Source: Welwitschia mirabilis
Lineage: Eukaryota
Length of the DNA: 40,202 bases
Assembly (NCBI GenBank): GCA_051453625.1
Contig: JBOZIK010000001.1
Location: 39,058,728 to 39,098,929 of the forward strand
Reading direction: 5' to 3'
Positions 1 through 12,076 of this stretch are shown in pieces (the stretch's first letter is position 1; each line of letters starts with the position of its first letter). The position numbers were made by a program, and so were the translations under genes. The notes under the pieces were generated by a model, which saw only the letters and a program-made list of their open reading frames with translations, did not search any database and was not told where the DNA came from.

Positions 1-513
1 GCGTATTAGATTCCAACCAAGCTTCTTCCATGGAATTTAGATGCTTAATTTTCTAGTGATTCCTATACAACATGGAAATCAAGAAAATGACATGGAAAAA
101 CAAATAGCACATCCTTTATCCTTATAATAAATCATGTTTTTTAAATTTAGAAACTTGGAAAAAATAATGAATATAGGCAATTCATAATTATACACTAATT
201 GCAACCAAAAAAGTTTGATAATTAAACCACTTGCCTTTATGAATTGTAAAATGTAGTTGCAGATAATCAAAAGCTTCTAACACCAGTTTCGCTTTCTCTA
301 ACAAAACATCTCCTGTAAAAGAGTATCAGTAAAGCACACTTATGAATTGGTAGAATTTAAACTAAATTCATATTATAAATACATTAATACATGCAATTAC
401 TTTAATTTTATCATACCTCTAAGCATGTTGAACCAAAACTATTCCTTCTATAAATCTTTGATATATTTTCCCAAGTAACGTACTAGCAACTGATGAACTA
501 AACCCTTAAACAT
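1..513 (-). pseudogene. VPS13: Pseudogenised 5' fragment of a VPS13 (chorein N-terminal domain; VPS13S/SHRUBBY-like) gene; exons 513-417, 312-235, 62-<1
   Basis: Spliced translation: MFKGLVHQLLVRYLGKYIKDL*KE*FWFNMLRG|DVLLEKAKLVLEAFDYLQLHFTIHKG|ITRKLSI*IPWKKLGWNLI. This matches the recalled plant VPS13 N-terminus (MFEGLVRQLLLGYLGRYIKDIQKEQL...VLLENVELILEAFDYLQLPF...GKLSIKIPWKKLGW). Donors are GTATGA and GCAAGT; acceptors are TTACAG and GTATAG. There are three in-frame stops. It continues off the window edge. Confidence 0.88.
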
Positions 514-1219
514 CTTGAAAGGATACCGCTGACTCCCCTTTAGAATGTAAATTAGAGTATTTTAAGATGCTACAAGGGTTTGGTACGCTCATTAGAGTAA
601 TGGCTATTACCTAAATGGTTTTCGTTTTGTTGAATATTTGCTCTATACCTCCTAAATATTGCTCCTCCTATTATGTATTCCTTTTTAAACACCGAGTTTT
701 ATTCATCCTCCATGGAGAAAATTTGTATTTTATCAATAAATATATGTAAATGTTTTTTACAATTGTATTCTATTAATGCAACACTAAAAGAAATGACACC
801 AAGATTAGGGCCAGTGTATATAGAAGGGGGAAATTGAACATGTAAAGTTACAAAGCATCTATAAAGGAATGTAATTTTCTAAAGCTAGATAGCTGAAAGA
901 GCTTCATCCATGGCTATCTCTATGCATACAAATCCTTTTTAGAGTAATGCAACAAAAAATGTGATACCTGCTGAGTGATTTAAGGCATACAAATGATGTC
1001 GAATAGTAGACATCAATTCTTAAATGCAAAAGAGCCATGACACAGGAGAGTCGGAGAGCTGATTCTAAAATGTAGAAGAGTTGCAATGTTGGATAGTTGA
1101 TTGTGTTTTTGATAAAAACACATGATTCTAAAATGAGAGAAAGGGTTCGATGTGCCAACAGCTGATAGTTGAGGGTTTTAAAAGCAGGAACATGGAAATT
1201 TTAATCTTAAAAAGAAGAG

Positions 1220-1443
1220 ATGATTTTAAGGCATTTGTTTACACATACGCCTTAAATAACTCACCACATTTTATTTGAAATAAATGCTTTAAAAACATGA
1301 AATTTTTTAAGAATTACCAGAGTACTTTAAATATATTTCCTTAGCTTTATTTAAGTCGTTTATTAAATTAAATGCCTTAAAAAGCTTTATATTTAAGGAA
1401 TTTACTAAAATAAATCCCTTGAAAGCCAATATTTCTAGTAGTG
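1220..1443. mobile_element. Right terminus of a CACTA (En/Spm) DNA transposon: terminal inverted repeat (TIR) plus subterminal repeats
   Basis: Ends ...ATTTCTAGTAGTG at 1443 (reverse complement CACTACTAGAAAT). It is preceded by clustered direct and inverted TTAAGGCATTT / AAATGCCTTAA-like motifs at about 1226, 1246, 1282, 1371, 1393 and 1412. Confidence 0.75.
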
Positions 1444-1756
1444 AGTATTTTCAATTATAATAGTAAGTTGTAATGGATAATTTTTGTCTTGATAGCTAGC
1501 TATGTCTCAGACTAATTCTGGATCATAATAGTTCCTTAACTCATTATTTCCAAAATCTATTATTTACCCATAATGAGGAGAGTGAAAAAACTATTAAAGG
1601 AGTAAGAACTTGCAAGATTTTCCTAATCTAGATCAAAGCCAACTAACCCCCCAGTGGAGTTCTTGTAGTTACCATATTACACTACCAAAGATCCATTTTA
1701 TGGATATTTACGCCATTGTGCTTGTAAGAAAACATTATGATATGCTTTTTTTAATG

Positions 1757-1776
1757 TATATATATATATATATATA
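1757..1776. repeat. (TA)10 microsatellite
   Basis: Directly visible. Confidence 0.9.
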
Positions 1777-2521
1777 GATTTTAACATGTTATGAAACATG
1801 GATCTTTGGCCCTCTTAGTGTGGTTGATGTTCATTCTCCTATTGAATACTTATCAAGCTAGGTTCTTAGTCTAAAAATCACTCTGGATTGCTTTGAAAAA
1901 CTGATAAATCATCAATTTGANNNNNNNNNNNNNNNNNNNNNNNNNNNNNNNNNNNNNNNNNNNNNNNNNNNNNNNNNNNNNNNNNNNNNNNNNNNNNNNN
2001 NNNNNNNNNNNNNNNNNNNNNNNNNNNNNNNNNNNNNNNNNNNNNNNNNNNNNNNNNNNNNNNNNNNNNNNNNNNNNNNNNNNNNNNNNNNNNNNNNNNN
2101 NNNNNNNNNNNNNNNNNNNNNNNNNNNNNNNNNNNNNNNNNNNNNNNNNNNNNNNNNNNNNNNNNNNNNNNNNNNNNNNNNNNNNNNNNNNNNNNNNNNN
2201 NNNNNNNNNNNNNNNNNNNNNNNNNNNNNNNNNNNNNNNNNNNNNNNNNNNNNNNNNNNNNNNNNNNNNNNNNNNNNNNNNNNNNNNNNNNNNNNNNNNN
2301 NNNNNNNNNNNNNNNNNNNNNNNNNNNNNNNNNNNNNNNNNNNNNNNNNNNNNNNNNNNNNNNNNNNNNNNNNNNNNNNNNNNNNNNNNNNNNNNNNNNN
2401 NNNNNNNNNNNNNNNNNNNNNNNNNNNNNNNNNNNNNNNNNNNNNNNNNNNNNNNNNNNNNNNNNNNNNNNNNNNNNNNNNNNNNNNNNNNNNNNNNNNN
2501 NNNNNNNNNNNNNNNNNNNNN

Positions 2522-2830
2522 CTTTTGTTAATATTCTATTAATTTCTCTATTAGTTTCTTTAGCTTAGTCATTTAATTATAAATGGTAACTAGTAGAATG
2601 TTTGTAATGGGTTCCATGCTTAGATAGATTTTTTTTGAAAGCTTTTCTAGTAAAACAAGTTTCTCTATTAGAAATAAGACTTAGGATTTTTAAACCTATA
2701 GATGATGTTCTTAAGAAAAATGCAACTATTACTTGGAAAGAATAATAAGATATAGTCTTAGCTTAAGCTCACTTAGTGAAGTAATCAAAATAAACCAAAA
2801 TATTTTTTTTAAATAAAAAGGGGGTTAATA
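2522..2830 (-). pseudogene. Integrase core (rve) remnant
   Basis: The translation aligns by eye with YILVAVDYVSKWVEA...IISD.G.HF...TPYHPQTSGQ.E.SNREIK.IL. It is bounded by N gaps. Confidence 0.85.
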
Positions 2831-3229
2831 NNNNNNNNNNNNNNNNNNNNNNNNNNNNNNNNNNNNNNNNNNNNNNNNNNNNNNNNNNNNNNNNNNNNNN
2901 NNNNNNNNNNNNNNNNNNNNNNNNNNNNNNNNNNNNNNNNNNNNNNNNNNNNNNNNNNNNNNNNNNNNNNNNNNNNNNNNNNNNNNNNNNNNNNNNNNNN
3001 NNNNNNNNNNNNNNNNNNNNNNNNNNNNNNNNNNNNNNNNNNNNNNNNNNNNNNNNNNNNNNNNNNNNNNNNNNNNNNNNNNNNNNNNNNNNNNNNNNNN
3101 NNNNNNNNNNNNNNNNNNNNNNNNNNNAATAGCATCTTATCATGCCACATGTAAGCTCTTTCTTCTCTTAACAACCTCTTTCTTTCATAGTAAATCATAA
3201 ATGATAGTAAGTTTTTACTTACAATAAAA

Positions 3230-4400
3230 TTGACTATGTCAGCATACTAAAGATTTCTTCTGATTTAAAAGAGGTATTCATTAGGAAAATCACTTCTTAT
3301 ATTTATTTGTTATTCATCCAAAAATATCCTTTCTTATCAATAATTTTTAAGTAAATTCTTACATTAATAATGTCTATCTCATGATTCTTAAGAATATGAT
3401 TGTGCTATGATGCATATTGATTTTTACTTCATATTCTAAAATATAATGTCTAAATTTTTCTATTATTATTACTATTTCTAACAGTTCATTTTTAGTAACT
3501 CTGTAATTTTATTAATATTACTTAAAATTCTTATTAATTTAGGTAATAGCATATGGTTTGTTCCATCGTCCTTTTATCACAACATATCTCCCATAGCATG
3601 ACTAGATGCATTAGCCATAATGCAAAATGATTTTGTCTAATTAGGTTCTTGTAAAATAGGTGAAAATAAAAGTTTATTTTCTAAATCCTAGAAAGCACTT
3701 TAGCACTCATCAATCTAAGTATACTCTATACTTTTATTCAAGAGAATACTAAGGGGTTCACTAATTTTACTAAAATTTTCTATAAATCTTTTATAATATG
3801 CTACGTGCCCTAGGAAGGATCTTATCTTAATTAATTTAGTTGGAAAAAGTATGTTTTTTATAACCTTGATTTTATATTCTTTAGCCTCAATTCCTTTGTG
3901 AGATATTTTATGTCCTAAGACTGTACCTTTTGTCACTATAAGATTACTTTTAAACCAACTTAATCTTATCCTTTTCTACCCACAACTTTTTAATACCCTT
4001 TTAAATATGATAAGTGATTCATCAAAGTCATTTCCAAAAATTGAGAAATCATCCATAAACACTGTAACAAACCTCCCTATTATATCTTAAAAAATTTTAT
4101 TTACTAATATTTGAAAGGTGACAAAAGCATTACACAATCTAAAAGGCAATACTTTATAAGAATAGGTGCCCTAATGATAGGTAAAAGTTATTTTGGCTTA
4201 ATATTATAAAGCTATTGGAACTTGGTTATAATCATTATATTCATCAAGATAAGTATAGTATTGATTCCTAGAAATTCTCTTTAAATCTTAATCTATAAAT
4301 GAGAGAGGAAAATGATCTTTATAAGTTGTTGAATTCAACTTTCAAAAGTCTATACACACCCTCCATTTATTTCTCTTTTTTGATACTATTATGATAGGAT
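3230..4400 (-). pseudogene. Reverse transcriptase / RNase H remnant of the Athila-type element
   Basis: The FMDD catalytic motif and the KDHFPL, PFxLCNA and IRSFLGH motifs are recognisable but interrupted by stop codons. Confidence 0.9.
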
Positions 4401-7400
4401 TAACCCATTTGAAATATCATATGGAATAGATGAATTTAGCTCCATGAGATTAAAAATTTCTTATTTAATTAGTTCTCTCATATGTGGATTTCATCTTTGT
4501 TTTAATTGTCTATTTGGTGTAATGGCAATATTTAAATAAATCATATGTTAATAGCTTTGTGAATATATTCCTTTAATATTAAGACAATCGAAAGCAAAAG
4601 CCCCTCTTCTTCTAATCAACATTCTTTTAAGCTTCGTTTTCTAGGAATAGGTTAAATTAGTATTTATAATTAAAAGTTTGTTTAGAGATATCTTAATATA
4701 TTATAATCCTTTTTTAAGTAGGGATTTTTCGATTTCTTAAGATGTAAAACATTCTTATCTATACTCTTCTTTATTTTTGTAATTTAACATCATGTTAACT
4801 TCTTGCTTTAGAATGACATTAGTTCATGCTTCTGTATCATGTCTTATTTCTTCTAAAACTATTGCATTAGATAATCTAATTTTCCTTTTAAGATCTCCTA
4901 GGCTGATTTTCATGATCCCTTTTTTAGAATAAATGATAACACCTACTAAAATCATTCATAACCTTCCTAGAATTACTGCATAACTATATCTTTGGGTTTT
5001 CATTACTAAAGAGTATAGCAAATAAATGAACCCTTGAANNNNNNNNNNNNNNNNNNNNNNNNNNNNNNNNNNNNNNNNNNNNNNNNNNNNNNNNNNNNNN
5101 NNNNNNNNNNNNNNNNNNNNNNNNNNNNNNNNNNNNNNTTTGGGTTTTCATTACTAAAGAGTATAGCAAATAAATGAACCCTTGAAGTTTAATAGGTATA
5201 CCTTTTAAAATTCATTTTAGTGTTACTGTAAAACCATCTATTAAATGCAGTTTTCCTTGGTAAAGTAACAACTTTGGTTTTTCCAATTTCTCATAAGTTT
5301 CATAAGTCATTAGGTTAACATGTCCTCCTAGATCTAGGAGTGCTTCCACCTTAAGTTTTTCATCAACCTTCATATCTATCATAGGTGTTCCTAGATTACT
5401 ATACTTTTCATTTTTCTTATTTTAAAGAATTCAGATATAAAACCAANNNNNNNNNNNNNNNNNNNNNNNNNNNNNNNNNNNNNNNNNNNNNNNNNNNNNN
5501 NNNNNNNNNNNNNNNNNNNNNCTTACACAAATACATACCACAACATCTTAGCGCTATTGCTAGGGAAGATTATTGCAGAGTACAAGGGTTGTCATCATTT
5601 GGATGAGTATATAGGACTTTTATTTGATTATTTGTCTATCTAATATTGTATTTTATTAGGAGCTGTAGGTTTTTTTTATGCAGTATTTCAGTTTTGGTTT
5701 TTCAGTTTTAGTTTTCTGTAAAAATTTGTGGTTGTCCCCTCTGTCATTCCCACAAACATACAAGATGAAAATGTGCAATTTTTGTCCTCGATTTTATTTT
5801 TGTATTGTAATTTTTCTAAAATAAATTAGTTTCTATCATCTCTTATGACATTCATATGACTTTTCTATTCATTTTGATTTGCCTCTCTTTCTTACTTTTG
5901 TTTCTATTCTTTTATTTTGAACACATGCTTTTCATTTTCTTCCAATACATGGATACATCTTTTAATAACTTTAAGAGGCATAAAGCTATGATGGTATCTT
6001 CTAAGAATATTGCTAAATATTTTATGTTTTTTCTACCTTAGGATGATCTATTTATTTACTTCTTAATGGAAAGAGTAAAGATTTAATTATTCTATCTATT
6101 ACCTCATTTTTTTAGTATTGGTTTTCTTTTCCATAGGGATATCACATAAGCCCCCTTCCCACCCCCCTCTTTTTTTTATTCTTCAATTAATACTGTTCAT
6201 TTTCTAAAACTTGTAGTCACAACTTTACTTATTAATTTTCTTGGATTTGATTAAGGTTTGGTAGGAATCATTTTTTCTTTCCTATCTACTTTATGTTTTT
6301 CTTTTATATCTTTTTGATCTCTATTCCTTCAATTTCTATGATAATTGTATTATTATTGCCTTTTTTAATTAATGTATTTTTGTAGATTTTTTTTGTTTTA
6401 TTATCCATTTCCTAATTTTATAAGAATATGGTTTCTTTCTTGCTCTAGGTTGGTTTTTTATGCTTAAATCTAATCTAATTGATGTCTAGCCAGTGAACAA
6501 GTTCTTGTATCTATAAATATTCTATTCCTTCATGATTATTTTCCCCTAGTATTCATACATAGATTCTTCTTTATCTTTGAAATGCTAAATGGCTAATTGA
6601 TTAAATTTTTCTACCATATTATCAATTACTTTTTTAGCTACTTATTCCATAAGACTAATATTCTTTAAATTTCACATACTATCCTATGCTTTTGAGGTTA
6701 CTTCATTTATTTTCTTTTTCTTTTCATCTTCTTGATTCCATCCTTAACTTATGTTACAAAACTGAGTAATAGCTTCTCCCATCTCTTGTAAATTCTTAGT
6801 CTTGATACTTCCTCTACATAACAAATTTAATTCCTTTAAAGTTTGACTCTGTAATCCTATAGGTAATACTTTGATTCTTTCTCTAGTTGAAATCCCATGA
6901 TTAGAACATTTATCTAATAGTTTATTATATCATTTCATGAATTCATCTAATCTTTATTATCCTTTTGCTTAATATTTAGAATTTGTTTCCTTAAATATTC
7001 TTCTATTTTGATAGGTTGAAATTTATCCAAAAAATCATTCTTAAGGATTTCTGATGAACTAAAGGCATGATTAGGATTCCTATGGTATCATAATTGATCA
7101 TCCCCTTTTAAAAATATTGGAAAATACCTCAAAAACTTAGATTTATAATCAAGGTAATTTGCCTTATAGAAGGCATTAAATAAACTCAGATTTAATAAGG
7201 GTTCTTTTGTTTTTTTACTCTGAAAAGTGGGTATGGATGTTATATTTATCTTTCTTACTTTATTAGGATGTTTTAATGAATTATGATTAATAGAGTTCAA
7301 ATCTTCTAATCAATGGATATCATAGTTTAAAGATCTTGAGTCTCCATCATGTCTCTAGTAAAATTCTACTATGAATTTTCTTTTATAATTATAGGTTTTA

Positions 7401-8759
7401 GTTACTTGGGAAGACTCTTCTTGCATGATAGTTAATTTAAGAAGAGTTAATAATCACTATTCTATTTCATTCGGTAGTTCAGAAAAGATTTATTTCTTAA
7501 CAAGTTTCTCGATGGTAGTTTCATCTATGATAAAATCCTCATATTCTATTTCTAGCTTAATCTTANNNNNNNNNNTTTTTATTCATCTAAATCATATTTT
7601 TTAGGATTTTCAAAAAACCTTCCTCTGTCATCTCACCATTTCCATTAGCTATCCTCTTGAACTATAGACTTTTTCATCTCTACAAAGTTAGCTTTAGATG
7701 ATTTTCCTTTAAGTCCCAAAATGGTGAAAGATTATTTTTGAAATAGATATTAAAAACACTATAAAAAATGATTAAACATTCAAAAACCTAAGATGGTATT
7801 TAACCTAAAGTAAGCTCAAATCATTAAATTTAAAAAATAAAATTTTACTAAAAAGCTAGTAAAGATCATCAAATCTCCAACCATCTTAGTTCAAAATGCA
7901 TCATCAACATCTACTCTTGATGAACTTTACTTGAACTATTTAGGTTGAAGATTGATATATAAAGTTAATATGAATATATTATACATTATGTGGAATGATT
8001 AAATTTAAATACATAATAATAATTGTATTGTATCTTGAAACAATCCCTATTTCTAAGTATTACCAAATGTCCTTGTATATGTTCAGCTATACAAACAGGA
8101 GCAAGTCAAAGTAATGTTGCTTTATCAAATAGTAAAACATAATACTTTTTAGTATGTGAATAAAGTAATTTATTCATTTATAAGATTATATTTTTAGCAT
8201 TAGATTGAAATACATCAAATTTTTACAAAATGTATTAATGAGAAAGTGTTTTTCCTTTGTAGGTAACACTAGAGATTTGGAGATGCTAACTACATCATTT
8301 TTAGGATGTGTTTAAAAAAACTTTTTCCTTGACCCTTTAGCTTTTCTTCTCCTTGCAATATTTTTGCCAAAAGATCCTTTTAACTTCATTCATTCCTTTT
8401 TATTCCCTTCACTCTACCTTTTCGCTTAGGTAGTTTCCTTTCTTTGCTTCCTAAAAATAGCTTATAGTAGGGGTTATTGCTTGGTCTCCACCACTTGTCC
8501 TTCTCTTTCATCCTTATACCAAGTGATATTTTGCACTTACTATGTAATGGATAACATATATGCTAAACTATTAACATTTTAACTTGCTAATACTAACATA
8601 TTAATCTAAATATTTTAAAAAATAAGTATTAAATAACTCATTAAAAGATATAGTTCTAGGCATAAATAAATACTATTATCAATGAAAATTTACATCATTA
8701 TTTTTACTCATCAATTACTTTTGATAAAATAAGAAAAATAATAATGTAAAGCCTTTTTT

Positions 8760-10087
8760 TAAAAGTAGTGTAAGATGAAGAGAGTGACTTTTTAAATGAG
8801 CATGTATTTCTCCTATCATTTGTGATGATACCTTAAAGTGATTACTTTGAAATTGCTAATCTAAATTGAAAAGAGGATGGATAAAGAAATACATAAATGT
8901 AATGGTAAAAATTTTTAATTTTTGCAAATCAAGATGAAATTATTATTAATTAACAAATACATATGTAAAGCAACTAGTGGCAAGGTTCTAAACCCTAAGG
9001 ATGCTAAATAAATTAATGAATAAAAAGAAGCAAATCAAGAGGAACTCTTGCTTATTGGTGTCACCTTTAAAGATGATTATTTTCATGAAATTAGTTTAAC
9101 CAAGATAACAAAAGTAGTTTTGAATGATTGAAGAACATTTTTAAATTAAGAGAAAATAAAGCCAAATAAAATCTTAAATGTCAACTTTACAATTAAAGTT
9201 AGATAAGTATAAAGGCATGAATTAGCATATCAATCACTTCAAGTCACTATTACTATAGTAATCAACTTTAAAATTGATGATGATGATGCTAAGAACATAT
9301 TCATAGTTAGTCTTCCTTCATCATACAAACATATTATCTTTACCTTAAATAATATTTAATGTTCTCTAAAAATTACAATTTCAACTTTACTTAATGAAGA
9401 AGAGAAAATGAATTAAGATGAACAAAGTAAAGCATCATTTTCTATTAAAAGGGAAAAAAATAATTTCATCATAGGAAATAATTCTTGAATTTATTATTAC
9501 CTTAAAAGGAGAGGACATAAAGCCATTAAATATTATGACCTACTAGGTGGCAAACTAAAATAATATTCATTTGTAATATAAACTAATGCAAATGATCCAT
9601 AAAAGTATCAAAATGATGATACTAACATAGAATGAGGTGGGTTTTAAATTAACATTAATTAAGTGATTTTTAAACTTAATGCTAATTAAGGTTAATTCTT
9701 TCTTAAACTTAGTGCTTTACCTTATTACTTCTTTAGCTTGATGCTTATCTTAGTGCTTCAAAATTTAGTATTAATGCATTCACAAGATTTAGGCCTAACA
9801 TGAAGGATTTGAAGAATGTATTTTTGTTATATGTTTTATTCCATTAACTAATTTAGTTCATTTATTTTTAGTTTGATAACACTACCAATTATTATTTTTG
9901 GATGTAGTCTACATTGTGTGGATTTAATTGTATTTCTTCTTATTAGATTTTTTATGATTTATTTATTTGATGATTCTTTAATAAAAAATTGAGATTTTTA
10001 TTTTACTATGAAATCCTTTGAAGCTCCTTTTTTCTTACTTCTTTCTTGTGTTTTTTTTTTTTTTTTTTTTTGTCTCTTACCTATTAG
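8760..10087 (+). mobile_element. Copia-gag-containing repeat, copy C1 (decayed gag with zinc-knuckle remnant, no pol)
   Basis: Homologous to 18900-19680 and 25130-26310. Shows degenerate UBN2-type gag and YYYLKRRGHKAIKY at ~9492-9533, which fits an eroded CCHC spacing. Confidence 0.7.
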
Positions 10088-11376
10088 TATAGAATCAGAA
10101 TATTTTAAAAATAGGATTTACTACCTTATAGTAATCCCTTCTTTTCCTATCTTATAAATTATCAATCATAGAAGAGGAGTAAATATTTAGAAAGCTTAGA
10201 TGCTATTTGAATGAAATTAAACTATAATAAAATTGAGTGAGACTGAGTTATCTTTTTTTCCATAAGGACAATAGAAATAGTTAAAATAGAAGAAAATACA
10301 TAACTAATTATGCAAAAAGACAAAGTTGCAAGATCAGAGAGTGTTCAAGAAAACATTTACTGATGAAATTGGGACGCAAATTAACCCTCCAACTGATCTA
10401 AATCATCTAATAAATGAAATTCAATTTAATAATATAGTGATATTTCCTTGTTTACCTTAAAGAAATGTCAATTTATGGAGCCTCAAATTGTGGTGAAGTA
10501 ATTTCATTCATTACATGAGGCATGGTAAAACCTATATGTCCCTTTATCTATTATATCTTAACTGTAAGCATGAAAGGTAAGAAAGTTTAACCTAAGAATC
10601 ATTAGACACTTATAAAGTACTAGTGGATACATTAGCATAAACATTAATTAAAAAAAATTAAGTATTTAACATGAAGGTAGTTAAATTTAAGTATTAGAAT
10701 TTTAAATGAAATAAAACTNNNNNNNNNNNNNNNNNNNNNNNNNNNNNNNNNNNNNNNNNNNNNNNNNNNNNNNNNNNNNNNNNNNNNNNNNNNNNNNNNN
10801 NNNNNNNNNNNNNNNNNNATTAGAATTTTAAATGAAATAAAACTTAAAATCAAAAGTAAAACCGCAACTATATTAATAATAAAGAAATGCCTTACACTCA
10901 AGAAAGAGCTACATCTAGTATAGACTCATCAAGCTAGCATTGAGACTAGCCCACTCCAAAAGGGATCTCAGAATAAGATGATGAAAATAACTTCAATCCA
11001 ACATATCTAATCTTTTTGCATTGGAGATTGTTTACCATGAGAATTTCTTGAATCATATTAGAATTTCTTTAACTCATATAGACAGGTAAGATGGATAGGA
11101 TTTTGCATTATAGCATTAAGTAAAATCATTAAGATTACTCATTCTATAGGATTAGGCAAAATATTCTTCATGTAGATTTAGGTAAAATCTTCTTCATGGG
11201 GTATTCGGTAGAATGTTCTTCATGTAGTGTTAGGTGCGAAATAATTGTAATAGTTTCAACATATAGCCTTAAGCTTAGATGTTTTTAACTAATGTTATCC
11301 CCTTGTGTGATGATGTTATCACCACATGTCACCATCACTAGTCATTACCAATTTACTTCCATGTCACTGCTATGTG

Positions 11377-12076
11377 TGTTATAACCCACATCTTGTAAGC
11401 TTTAATTAATAGGGTTTCTAAGGTATGTAAAACATTTTGATATTAATTTTAATGAAAATCCCTTTTTATTCTTAGTGAAGATTTATGCANNNNNNNNNNN
11501 NNNNNNNNNNNNNNNNNNNNNNNNNNNNNNNNNNNNNNNNNNNNNNNNNNNNNNNNNNNNNNNNNNNNNNNNNNNNNNNNNNNNNNNNNNNNNNNNNNNN
11601 NNNNNNNNNNNNNNNNNNNNNNNNNNNNNNNNNNNNNNNNNNNNNNNNNNNNNNNNNNNNNNNNNNNNNNNNNNNNNNNNNNNNNNNNNNNNNNNNNNNN
11701 NNNNNNNNNNNNNNNNNNNNNNNNNNNNNNNNNNNNNNNNNNNNNNNNNNNNNNNNNNNNNNNNNNNNNNNNNNNNNNNNNNNNNNNNNNNNNNNNNNNN
11801 NNNNNNNNNNNNNNNNNNNNNNNNNNNNNNNNNNNNNNNNNNNNNNNNNNNNNNNNNNNNNNNNNNNNNNNNNNNNNNNNNNNNNNNNNNNNNNNNNNNN
11901 NNNNNNNNNNNNNNNNNNNNNNNNNNNNNNNNNNNNNNNNNNNNNNNNNNNNNNNNNNNNNNNTAATGTGTTAATAGAGTCTAATTAGGATTTGATCCTA
12001 GGTTCCGTTGTGCATAATAGTTAATAACGAAAAAAAAATTATGGTTAATTAGGGTAATTAAACTTGGGGTGTTACA
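11377..12076 (-). mobile_element. Nested LTR insertion (probable solo LTR, Tekay/Del-like termini) with 5-bp TSD ATGTG
   Basis: Reads ATGTG[TGTTATAACCC...GGGGTGTTACA]ATGTG, with the TSDs at 11372-11376 and 12077-12081. The empty site (TGTCACTGCTATGTGTCTA) is visible in the sister LTR at ~17152-17170. The middle is an N gap, so the true length is unknown. Confidence 0.85.

Larger units (their letters stand above)
2522..7300 (-). mobile_element. Degenerate Ty3/gypsy retrotransposon, Athila-type gag-pol (gag-PR-RT-RNaseH-INT), non-functional
   Basis: Minus-strand motifs in gypsy order: gag LLDKCSNHGIS (~6900); protease ALLDLGGHVNLMTYETYEKL (~5285-5345); RT WRVCIDF*KLN..KDHFPLSFID (~4290-4365), LPFRLCNA.VTFQ and VFMDDFSIFG (~4035-4065); VLGHKIS..IRSFLGH (ORF 3715-3936); RNase H ANASSHAMG and NYRVTKNELL; linker *YADIVNF (~3225-3250); integrase ILVYFDYFTK*A..SYHL*LND*AKETNREINRIL (2522-2805). 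Many stops and frameshifts. Confidence 0.93.

Noticed and set aside
782-794. CACTAAAAGAAAT as the left TIR pairing with 1443
   Set aside because: It matches 11/13, but the flanks differ (CAA vs AGT, so no 3-bp TSD) and no subterminal repeat cluster follows. It is kept only as an alternative reading.
4990-5187. Near-identical direct repeats on both sides of N gaps (also ~10690/10819, 19183/19297, 20300/20476, 21100/21628, 32390/32562, 39810/39956)
   Set aside because: This is the typical signature of overlapping contig ends joined with an N spacer (mostly 100 N), so it is most likely an assembly artefact.
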